DNA of 64,000 nt from Bdellovibrionales bacterium (GTDB lineage: Bacteria > Bdellovibrionota > Bdellovibrionia > Bdellovibrionales > JAGQZY01). The notes below the pieces were generated by a model. That model was given only the letters and a program-made list of their open reading frames with translations. It had not been told where the DNA came from and did no database searches. Where the stretch lies: assembly GCA_965219545.1 (NCBI GenBank), contig CBDCNX010000022.1, positions 474 to 64,473 on the forward strand, written 5' to 3'. The stretch's first letter is position 1, and each line of letters opens with the position of its first letter. Below, piece by piece: positions 43,831 to 52,170 of the stretch. The position numbers were made by a program, and so were the translations under genes.

Positions 43831-44168
43831 AATCGGATCAGGCCAAAAGGCCAGAATCCGAAAAAAACCAAAATTTGTAAGTAGTTAAAATCACTAAAGA
43901 AGAGGAAATAGCTCAAACCTCTTATTTCTGAATAATTCAGTTTATTTCCAAGTTTGCGGGATTGGTGCGGGATTCTTGCGGGGTCGGCCTAAATTTCAAA
44001 TTCTCTCTCAACCGACAAACCGGATGGGTGACGGGATTTGAACGGGTATTTCTGCGTATCTGGGAAACCCCGCAACCCGATCAGATCAGTCCTTTAATTC
44101 AATCGAATTTCGTGCAAATCTCTTATTTGGATGTGTGAATACTTCTACTTGACCAGGAGAGTAATTGA

Positions 44169-45725
44169 ATGACTGATGAACAGAAAAGAAAACTTGAACA
44201 AAAGCTCTGGGATATTGCCGATACCTTGCGGGGTAAAATGAATGCGGATCAGTTCCGTGACTACATTTTAGGCTTTATCTTTTACAAGTATTTGTCTGAA
44301 CGAATAAATCTTTATGCCAATGAAGTGCTGGCAGAGGATGGGATTAAATTCACTGATATTGACGAATCAACTGAAGATGGTCAAGCCTATCTGGAAGCAG
44401 TCAAAGAGGAATCACTGAATAAACTTGGTTATTTTTTAAAACCCTCTGAACTGTTTTCTGAAGTTGCCAAAAGGGGTTCAAAGCCCAATCAATTTATTAT
44501 TGAAGACCTGACGGGAATCCTTAACAATATTGAGCGTTCCACAATGGGTACAGAGAGTGAAGATGATTTTGGTGATCTGTTTTCAGACATGGACTTGGCT
44601 TCAAACAATCTGGGTCGTTCTGAAGAAGCTAAAAATAAGCTGATTGCCAAGGTTCTAACTCATCTTGACCAGATTGATTTTAAATTGCGAGATGCCAATA
44701 GTGATGTTTTAGGTGATGCCTATGAATATCTGATAGGAAAATTTGCCTCCGGTGCTGGCAAAAAGGCCGGTGAATTTTACACACCTCAAGAAGTCTCCAC
44801 CATTTTAGCCCGGATTGTAACCACAGGCAAAGACAGGATCAAATCCATTTATGATCCAACCTGTGGTTCAGGCTCTCTTCTCTTGCGTGTGGCTAGAGAG
44901 GCAAAGGTTGGTGATTTTTTTGGTCAGGAGATGAACCGTACCACTTACAATCTTGCACGGATGAACATGATTTTACATGGGGTCCATTATCGCAATTTTG
45001 ATTTAAAACAAGAAGACACACTGGAAAATCCTCAACATGAGGACAAGAGGTTTGAAGCCGTGGTTGCAAATCCACCCTTCAGTGCAAAATGGTCCGCCAA
45101 TGCGTTACATTTGAATGATGACCGGTTCAGTCAATATGGGAAGCTGGCCCCATCAAGTAAGGCTGACTTTGCTTTTGTCCAGCACATGGTCCACCACTTG
45201 GATGAGAACGGCATCATGGCGGTGGTTCTCCCTCATGGTGTTTTGTTTCGTGGTGCTGCCGAGGGGACAATCCGTAAATACTTAATCAAAGATCGCAATT
45301 ATCTGGATGCCGTGATTGGCCTACCTGCCAATGTCTTTTATGGCACATCCATTCCAACCTGTGTTCTTGTATTTAAGAAATGTCGTGAAAACCCTGATGA
45401 CATTTTATTCATTGATGCCTCGGCCTACTTTGAAAAAATGAAGAATCAAAACATACTGCGTCCCTCTGATATTGATCGGATTGTCAAGGCTTATCAGGAC
45501 CGCAAGGAAATTGACAAATATGCCCATATCGCTCCAATGAGCGAGGTAGAAGAAAATGATTATAATCTCAATATCCCCCGCTATGTGGATACATTTGAAG
45601 AAGAAGAACCTGTGGATTTAACTGTTGTCACCCAATCACTCAAACAGGTTGATAAAGATATGGAGCCAATAGATAAAACCATCCGGGATTTTTGTTCTGA
45701 ACTTGGAATTGAGCCGCCGGTATGA
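44169..45725 (+). CDS. hsdM: type I R-M methyltransferase subunit
   Basis: GKKAGEFYTP, YDPTCGSGSLL, VVANPPFS (m6A), YNLNIPRYV. Confidence 0.97.
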   Translation: MTDEQKRKLEQKLWDIADTLRGKMNADQFRDYILGFIFYKYLSERINLYANEVLAEDGIKFTDIDESTEDGQAYLEAVKEESLNKLGYFLKPSELFSEVAKRGSKPNQFIIEDLTGILNNIERSTMGTESEDDFGDLFSDMDLASNNLGRSEEAKNKLIAKVLTHLDQIDFKLRDANSDVLGDAYEYLIGKFASGAGKKAGEFYTPQEVSTILARIVTTGKDRIKSIYDPTCGSGSLLLRVAREAKVGDFFGQEMNRTTYNLARMNMILHGVHYRNFDLKQEDTLENPQHEDKRFEAVVANPPFSAKWSANALHLNDDRFSQYGKLAPSSKADFAFVQHMVHHLDENGIMAVVLPHGVLFRGAAEGTIRKYLIKDRNYLDAVIGLPANVFYGTSIPTCVLVFKKCRENPDDILFIDASAYFEKMKNQNILRPSDIDRIVKAYQDRKEIDKYAHIAPMSEVEENDYNLNIPRYVDTFEEEEPVDLTVVTQSLKQVDKDMEPIDKTIRDFCSELGIEPPV

Positions 45726-47002
45726 ACAAAACTCTCCAAAAATGTCCAAAATTGCGTTTTACCGATACCAATGGTCAATCTTTCCCTGATTGGGAAGAGA
45801 AGCAGTTAGGGGAAGTTGCTAAAATTCAGACTGGAAAAACTCCAAGTACGCATGATCCAAATTTATGGCATGACGAACTCATGTTTGTAACACCAACAGA
45901 TATTCATGATAATATTCTTTTTCAAGAAAAAACAATGCGTAGAATAACAAAAACAGATGCAATCCAAATTGTTCCTAAAGGTTCCATACTATATACTTGT
46001 ATAGCTTCAATTGGAAAAATTTCGATTGCACATTATGAATGTGCAACTAACCAACAAATCAATGCCATTCTTCCAAGAACAAATGAAGTTAATAATATAT
46101 TTATTTACTATTTATTAGTGTATCAAACACCAAGAATAAAAAGGTTAAGTGCAAATACTACTTTACCAATAATTAACAAAAATGATTTTTCAAAAATTAA
46201 AATCAATATTTCCCATCCCGACGAACAACAAAAAATAGCTGATGCTCTCTCTAGCGTGGATGCCAAGATTTCAGCACTGAGACGTAAGCGGGATTTATTG
46301 AAAGAATACAAACGTGGACTGATGCAAAAACTGTTTGATCGGACACTGCGTTTTACTGATGATAATGGTCAACCTTTTCCTGATTGGGAAGAGAAACGGT
46401 TGAGGGAGGTTTTTGATTGGATAAAGACAAATAATCTTTCAAGAGAAAATCTGACTTATGAGAAAAATCACAGTCAAATTCAGAATATTCACTATGGTGA
46501 TATTCACACCAAGTTTAAGAAATTGTTCGACCAAAACAAAGAGAGTATTCCTTACATTGCCACACATTCAGTTATCACAAAATTTTCAGATGATGAATTT
46601 TGTCGAAAAGGTGATGTCGTTATTGCCGATGCATCAGAAGATTATAACGATGTTGGCAAGGCAATTGAGATCATAAATGTTTGCAAGAACAGTTTGGTTG
46701 CTGGGCTACACACATATGTTGCAAGACCAAAAAAAAATCTTTTAATAGTTGGTTTTTCAGGTTATCTTTTGTCAAGTTATACAATACGGCGACAAATAAT
46801 GCGTATGGCTCAGGGTATTTCTGTTTTAGGGGTATCAAAAAATAATTTGTCAAAAGTAACATTACTTTTGCCTCACCCTGACGAACAGAAAAAAATAGCT
46901 GATGCTCTTTCTGCTATAGATGCAAAGATTTCTGCTGTATCAGATCAAATAGAAAAATTTGAGAAATTCAAAAAAGGTCTTCTGCAACAGATGTTTGTGT
47001 AG
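45722..47002 (+). CDS. hsdS: type I R-M specificity subunit
   Basis: two conserved repeats (LRFTD.NGQ.FPDWEEK; PDEQ.KIADALS..DAKIS; GL.Q..F) flanking two TRDs. Confidence 0.95.
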   Translation: MNKTLQKCPKLRFTDTNGQSFPDWEEKQLGEVAKIQTGKTPSTHDPNLWHDELMFVTPTDIHDNILFQEKTMRRITKTDAIQIVPKGSILYTCIASIGKISIAHYECATNQQINAILPRTNEVNNIFIYYLLVYQTPRIKRLSANTTLPIINKNDFSKIKINISHPDEQQKIADALSSVDAKISALRRKRDLLKEYKRGLMQKLFDRTLRFTDDNGQPFPDWEEKRLREVFDWIKTNNLSRENLTYEKNHSQIQNIHYGDIHTKFKKLFDQNKESIPYIATHSVITKFSDDEFCRKGDVVIADASEDYNDVGKAIEIINVCKNSLVAGLHTYVARPKKNLLIVGFSGYLLSSYTIRRQIMRMAQGISVLGVSKNNLSKVTLLLPHPDEQKKIADALSAIDAKISAVSDQIEKFEKFKKGLLQQMFV

Positions 47003-47548
47003 TATTTGGAACATTCAAAGTTCAAATAAAAACAGTATGAAACAGGAAATAGAGAAGAAGAAAAATTTGAACCACCAAGAAGGTAAAAGAGATATGTCTA
47101 TAATTGGTAAACTGAAAAGAAGTTTCATTCCTCTCTGCTTATCCAACAATTCGATCTAAAACGAGGCATAAAAATGTTTAATGTTTTAAAAGTATTTTTC
47201 GTAAAAATTCTAAACCTTCTTGAAAGGAATCCAACTAAAGATATAAAAATTCCAATGGAAATACAAGGGTCACATGACTGTGGTCTAAGAGCATTACATA
47301 TCGTTCTTCCATCTATATCTATTGAAAAGATGAAAGATGCTTTTACAAATTGCTGTGAGTGGTGGCCATACAAGGGAATTTCTAATAAAGAGTTTAATAT
47401 TTCACTATCTTATTTAAAAATTAAGAATAAATTCGATTATGTGGCACCCCAGTCAACCAGTCTCAGTGATTTAATGTACTGTAAGAAAGATATTTTTATT
47501 GCTTTGATTCATGGACACTACACAGTAGTTAAAAAGTAACCCATACTT

Positions 47549-49126
47549 TCACACGACCTTGCTTTTTTTTCTGATCTGTTTAGCGTATTTTAGAGGAGTG
47601 GGGATATTTTGTATTTTTTCCCTTTCTATTTTCTTTCTGACAACCATCTGAATGTAAGCCCTGGGATCAAGCTCCACCTTTTTACAGGACTCTATGACCG
47701 TGTAAAGCACAGACATCACATCCGCTCCGTTAATGGTCCTGGACCCATAAAAGTTCTTCCTCCCCATCACCGAATGCCTGATCGTTCGCTCCGCCTCGTT
47801 ATTGCTCAACGGAACACGAACATCTTTTAAAAAAAGCGTTAACCCCTCCCAGTGATTCAATGTGTAATTGATCGCCTTTAATAAATGACTCTCACTACGG
47901 GCTTCCGGTCTTTTCTCAAACAACCAATCCCTGATCTCTTCTGTTATTGGCTCTGATTCCTCTTTTCTCAACTTCCTTAAAAACTCATAATTTGAGGCCC
48001 TCCTCTCAATTTCAAAAAGCCTCCCTATTCTGTCCAATATCTCTCCACAAGGCCCTGGATAATTCCCCTCTATGTCCGTAAACTTACGCCTCACATGAGA
48101 CCAGCAAAAAGCCAAATCCACACCATAACTCTCCCTCAAGCCCGACTTGTAACCACTGTAACCATCAACAACCACCGGGCCCCCATAAGGGCCCAACAAC
48201 TCTTTGGCTATTTTTCCGCTCCTTGTCGGCTCAAATCGGTAATAACTCCCCCCCTGGTTACTCAAAACCCACAAATAACCATCACTCTGCTTACTGTTAC
48301 CTATCGGCCAGGATGTCTCATCCAAATGAACACACAAACCACAGGACAATATCTCACCCCTGATCCTCTCCGCCATATCCTCCAAATAACAGTGAACAAA
48401 AAAACAAAGACCATACAAGGTCTTCGTGGCCACCCTCAATCCCCCTGATTCCATCACTCTGCGAATCCTCTCCAGGGGAAGGTGGTACAAATACTTCTTC
48501 ATCACCACATCCACTGAAAAGTCTATGGAATACTTCGCCCCGGGCATGATCTTTAAAGCTCCGGGGGCTGTCACTATCACCTCTTTCTCTGTTCTCCTTG
48601 AGTCTTTCAAACGGTACTTGAAACGACGGTGCCTCTTTCTCACATAACTCTCAACTCGAATGTCAATCTCCTCTGATTCATCGTAAAAATTGGTTAAACA
48701 CTCCCACTGGGCATCTTTTGAATAACCATACTCTACGGCAATCTCTGAGAGTCTCTCAGGGCTCAACTCATGATCCACTTTGATCTCCAAAAGACTTTCC
48801 ATTTCCTTTTCATCAGGACCTGGAACCAGACTTGTGGCATGCACTGAAAGGGGCTTTTTTGAATAATCCCTCAAACGACTGGAATTTCCCCTCTTCTCTG
48901 AACTCTTCCCAAACATCCTCTTGCGTAACACTGAAAGCTCATCCTCAAAATCAAAGGTCCTTTGGGATTCCCTGGCCCTTTCCTTGAGAAGAGTATTGAT
49001 ATGTTTTCTTAATCTTTCATTATCATTGACAATATCGTTGAAAATATATGAAAAAAAAGCCTTCAAAACTTCAGGGTCGTTTTCCTGTTTAACAATTCTG
49101 GGTAGCTCCATAGTTATTATTGTCAA
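47549..49126 (-). CDS. tnpC: IS66 transposase TnpC
   Basis: HLPLER, HLDET, VVDGYSGY, CWSHVRRKF, SNNEAERTIR, GRKN. Confidence 0.95.
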   Translation of the reverse strand: MTIITMELPRIVKQENDPEVLKAFFSYIFNDIVNDNERLRKHINTLLKERARESQRTFDFEDELSVLRKRMFGKSSEKRGNSSRLRDYSKKPLSVHATSLVPGPDEKEMESLLEIKVDHELSPERLSEIAVEYGYSKDAQWECLTNFYDESEEIDIRVESYVRKRHRRFKYRLKDSRRTEKEVIVTAPGALKIMPGAKYSIDFSVDVVMKKYLYHLPLERIRRVMESGGLRVATKTLYGLCFFVHCYLEDMAERIRGEILSCGLCVHLDETSWPIGNSKQSDGYLWVLSNQGGSYYRFEPTRSGKIAKELLGPYGGPVVVDGYSGYKSGLRESYGVDLAFCWSHVRRKFTDIEGNYPGPCGEILDRIGRLFEIERRASNYEFLRKLRKEESEPITEEIRDWLFEKRPEARSESHLLKAINYTLNHWEGLTLFLKDVRVPLSNNEAERTIRHSVMGRKNFYGSRTINGADVMSVLYTVIESCKKVELDPRAYIQMVVRKKIEREKIQNIPTPLKYAKQIRKKSKVV

Positions 49127-49463
49127 ACACTCTTCTTCCCTCTGGCAAATACTTTTTCAAGACTGAACCATGCAGCAATAACTCAAGCTCCCAATGACTG
49201 ATCTCAACTCTTCCATCCAATTCCATCACATTCATAAATCCTCTTTTCTTCTCCATTCGCTTTGTCAACAAAACAAGACCCGAACCATCAAAACGCAAAA
49301 CTTTCAACCTTCTCCTGTTGTTGCCAAGAAACAAAAACAAGTCCCCGACATCAAGACAGTGGCCCATTTGTTGAGTAACCAGATAACTCAGACGTTCAAA
49401 AGCCCATCGCATATCAATGGGGTTTTGGTAGACATAGACTCTGGTGGAATCCGGGAACTTCAC
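49089..49463 (-). CDS. tnpB: IS66 accessory protein TnpB
   Basis: PIDMR, LFLFLGNNRRRLKVLRFDGSG...KRME. Confidence 0.92.
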   Translation of the reverse strand: MKFPDSTRVYVYQNPIDMRWAFERLSYLVTQQMGHCLDVGDLFLFLGNNRRRLKVLRFDGSGLVLLTKRMEKKRGFMNVMELDGRVEISHWELELLLHGSVLKKYLPEGRRVFDNNNYGATQNC

Positions 49464-49855
49464 AGCAGACCTTTTTTGAGGAGTTCACAGAGTTGGGGGA
49501 AACAGAGCCCTTTGATTTGAAAACCTGTTCTTGAGATCACAGTGAGGGGGGAGGATGACCGGAAAACTGGGTTGACAGTGATTTGTTTGAATGGGTTTCT
49601 TTGTTTCTTGCTTTTTTTGGTCTTTCTTTGCCAGTTTCTGATGACCTGGTGGTTGATTCCCGTGTTTTTACTAAGATCCTGGACCTTTTTCCCATTGGAA
49701 AGCTCTTTAACAACGATTTGTTTAAAACTTCTTGGCCAGGAAACACGGGGGCGGTCTCTAAACTCAGAACGAATCCTATCACTTAACTCTTTTAGTTCTT
49801 CAACTTTCATGAACTCCCAATAGCAAATAAAAAAAATAAATAAAAGGTCGTGCAA
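49460..49855 (-). CDS. tnpA: IS66 accessory HTH protein TnpA
   Basis: WPRSFKQIVV...GINHQVIRNW HTH; first ORF inside the IS. Confidence 0.8.
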   Translation of the reverse strand: MHDLLFIFFICYWEFMKVEELKELSDRIRSEFRDRPRVSWPRSFKQIVVKELSNGKKVQDLSKNTGINHQVIRNWQRKTKKSKKQRNPFKQITVNPVFRSSSPLTVISRTGFQIKGLCFPQLCELLKKGLL

Positions 49856-49960
49856 AAGTTGGGGTTACGTTAAAAATGGAGTTTGTGTTGAAAGGACTTA
49901 CAAAAACCACCCTGAAAAAACAGTTTATTGTTATTGGCGGTTAAGAAGGAGAAATTTTTT

Positions 49961-50653
49961 TTAAACTCTTTTTTTGGGTATAAAATTTTCGTATGACTGG
50001 AAGTAATATGTAAAATCAGATGAGTTAGGATTTTTCAAATTATGTAATAACATAGAAAACGCAACAGATGTCGCTTCTATAACTATTGATGCATAAGAAC
50101 CGTTGCCATAACCTGCTTCCTCTTCTTTCTCAATAGGAGTTTTAGGTTTCCATGCACATTCATAACAAGCTTCTCCTTCTCCATTAACGTGAACTCCCAT
50201 GCTTATACATCTTTTATTACTATCTTCATAACATAGATTCTCACATATTATGCGAGATTTGTTATCATCTACGGCAATAATTACAAGATCAGAGTTATAA
50301 AAAGCATCTCTTGCTTTTTGTCCCTCATGATCGCTAGGGTCAGGCTCTCTCAAACAGCAACTTACTGCCGTTATTTCTACTTCAGAGTTAATCGCCCTTA
50401 ATTTTGACATTAAAGCATCTGTTTTGTTTTTTCCAATGTCATCTTTAACAAAACCAACGACTCTGTTTAAATTACTTTCTTCAACTTTATCTCCATCTAT
50501 AAGAATAATTTTGTTAGCTCCTGTTCGGACGAGCATTTCTGCAAATAAGGCACCCGTTCCTCCACAGCCAATTATACAGTATCTATATTCTTGTATTTTG
50601 TTAGTGAAATCAGGACCGAGTGCTTCTTTAGTTCTTGTTAATAAATTAGACAT
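49961..50653 (-). CDS. ThiF/E1-like adenylyltransferase
   Basis: IIGCGGTG, IDGDKVEESNLNR, GKNK, AVDD..SR, CYEC. Confidence 0.9.
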   Translation of the reverse strand: MSNLLTRTKEALGPDFTNKIQEYRYCIIGCGGTGALFAEMLVRTGANKIILIDGDKVEESNLNRVVGFVKDDIGKNKTDALMSKLRAINSEVEITAVSCCLREPDPSDHEGQKARDAFYNSDLVIIAVDDNKSRIICENLCYEDSNKRCISMGVHVNGEGEACYECAWKPKTPIEKEEEAGYGNGSYASIVIEATSVAFSMLLHNLKNPNSSDFTYYFQSYENFIPKKRV

Positions 50654-51044
50654 AAAATTGAATGTGTTTATATAAACTATTTATCAGACAATGTATTGAT
50701 TTAATATCTTTAGGTTTATACTCACTCAAGCCAACAGAGTAGGGAATAAAATTTTTATTCTTATAATGGAAGTTCTTGTATTGCTGACCTTTTTCACCAT
50801 CAGGCATACGATTGTCAATAGACTTCAAAGAATTGGAAGTGATCCAACATTTTGGAGGAAATAAATTTTCATTATATTGATCGAGGCTAAGAGCAAAAGA
50901 TGCACAGGGGCCACTTCCACCAGGTTTATAGTCTAAGATAAATAAAATTTTATCAGTTAGTTCATTTACTACATCTATTTGCCATTTGTTTTGGAAAATA
51001 GAGTCTAAACCTTTTAAATTTTTTTTAAGATCATCTAAATTCAT
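50646..51044 (-). CDS. putative E2/UBC-fold protein
   Basis: FALSLDQY...FPPKCWI resembles the UBC YPxxPPkv strand; YSVGLSEYKPKD.KSIHCLINSL resembles the catalytic loop plus helix; located between the DUF1508 and E1 genes. Confidence 0.45.
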   Translation of the reverse strand: MNLDDLKKNLKGLDSIFQNKWQIDVVNELTDKILFILDYKPGGSGPCASFALSLDQYNENLFPPKCWITSNSLKSIDNRMPDGEKGQQYKNFHYKNKNFIPYSVGLSEYKPKDIKSIHCLINSLYKHIQFYV

Positions 51045-51496
51045 ATAGAACCAGGGATACCTTTCGTTTCAGTACAATCATCTTGCTTCTCTTTATGACT
51101 TGGGTCATCCTTAGGATTTTCCCATTCAATTTTTGCGTTTGCCATTTCTTTTTTAACATATTCTAAGGCATTCTTTATGTCATTTTCAGAATCATAAGGA
51201 TCGCCAATAGCCATAGTTTCATGGTTACCAGCACGAAAACGCCAACGCCATTTTCCATCTTTTGAACTCTTATAATATTCAAAGCGATACCCTTTATCTT
51301 TATCTTCTTTGTTTTCATCTTGCCAAATTGGTGCATCGTTTGCTTTTTCTCGGATCTTTTTTATAGAGGCTAAAATATCTTGCTTTAAAAAAGGCTCTTC
51401 ACTATGAGCGATATTGTTGCCTTTATCATCCAATAGTCTCCAACGCCAGCATTGTTCCCCTGAATCGTTTGACTTATAGATTTGATATCTTAACAT
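51041..51496 (-). CDS. tandem YegP/DUF1508-domain protein with C-terminal tail
   Basis: YQIYKS...WRWRLLDDKGNNIAHSEE and FEYYKSSKDGKWRWRFRAGNHETMA; AAGGAGG RBS; tail ...DDCTETKGIPGSI. Confidence 0.8.
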   Translation of the reverse strand: MLRYQIYKSNDSGEQCWRWRLLDDKGNNIAHSEEPFLKQDILASIKKIREKANDAPIWQDENKEDKDKGYRFEYYKSSKDGKWRWRFRAGNHETMAIGDPYDSENDIKNALEYVKKEMANAKIEWENPKDDPSHKEKQDDCTETKGIPGSI

Positions 51497-51688
51497 TCTT
51501 CCTCCTTGGTGTAGTTATAAAGTAATTGAAATGTGGGTTCGGACCCAAAAAAGTCAAGTTCTAAGAATAAAAAAAACCGAAACTCATATTCATGCTGAGA
51601 AATTTTCACACATAGTAAACTGGATTTTTTCATAACATAACTTTTCTGGGCTTTCACTATTATAGCAACTCCTTTCTATTTTTTTAAT

Positions 51689-51728
51689 AGATAATTTCAA
51701 ATTAACAAAAAGATAATTTCAAAGTCAA
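51689..51728 (-). promoter_or_regulatory. candidate promoter with 13-bp direct-repeat operator for the DUF1508-E2-E1 operon
   Basis: AGATAATTTCAAA at 51689-51701 and 51711-51723, overlapping TTGACT and a TAATTT-like -10 on the minus strand. Confidence 0.45.
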
Positions 51729-51823
51729 CAGGAAAAAATATAAAATGTGAATTTTTTATTTCCTTTTTGTGAATTTAGTGATACTCTCATAAATATAGAG
51801 AAACACAAATACTTTGGAAGTCA

Positions 51824-52168
51824 TTGAAATCATTAAATAAAAATATAATTAGAAAGAGAATCTCTGAAGCTAGAGAGAAAAAGGGTTTGACTCAGGCACA
51901 GTTAGCTGAAGAAGCAAAAGTCACGCCTGCCGCAATATGTCAAATCGAAAAAGGAGATCGGATTCCAACGATCCCAGTCCTTCATAGAATAGCCAATGTT
52001 CTTCGGGTATCACTAGATTATTTAGCTGGTCAAAAAGATTCCATAGAGTTTAAAGATATTCTTCAGAATCGAGAACTAAAAACATTTTTTAGAAAATATT
52101 CAAAACTCAGTGAAGATGATAAACAATTTATTGAAAAGTATGTGAAGGCAAAAACTGAACAAAGATAA
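51824..52168 (+). CDS. XRE-family HTH repressor (CapH/ImmR-like)
   Basis: GLTQAQLAEEAKVTPAAICQIEKGDRIP...VSLDYL. Confidence 0.9.
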   Translation: MKSLNKNIIRKRISEAREKKGLTQAQLAEEAKVTPAAICQIEKGDRIPTIPVLHRIANVLRVSLDYLAGQKDSIEFKDILQNRELKTFFRKYSKLSEDDKQFIEKYVKAKTEQR

Positions 52169-52170
52169 AT

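Larger units (their letters stand above)
47536..49868 (-). mobile_element. IS66 family insertion sequence, apparently intact
   Basis: imperfect 24-bp IRs starting GTAACC and ending CACGACCT; 8-bp TSD GTTAAAAA at 47528-47535 and 49869-49876; tnpA-tnpB-tnpC. Confidence 0.95.
47174..49964 (+). pseudogene. papain-like (C39-like) cysteine peptidase interrupted by IS66
   Basis: QGSHDCGLRAL and IHGHYTVVK; removing the IS and one TSD copy restores the frame ...VVKNGVCVERTYKNHPEKTVYCYWRLRRRNFF* ending at 49964. Confidence 0.65.

Noticed and set aside
43607-43888. ORFs 43607-43831(-) and 43658-43888(+)
   Set aside because: Shadows of tRNA-Asp.
45722-47002. Phase-variable hsdS shufflon
   Set aside because: The repeats are the normal internal direct repeats of a single hsdS; no silent TRDs or invertase.
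49089-49463. TnpB as an RNA-guided IS200/IS605 nuclease
   Set aside because: It is the unrelated 124-aa IS66 accessory TnpB, with no RuvC or zinc finger.
49961-50653. ThiF as thiamine/molybdopterin biosynthesis enzyme (thiF/moeB)
   Set aside because: No thiS/moaD or pathway genes nearby, it lacks the second CxxC and usual Cys loop, and it sits in island cargo with an E2-like neighbour.
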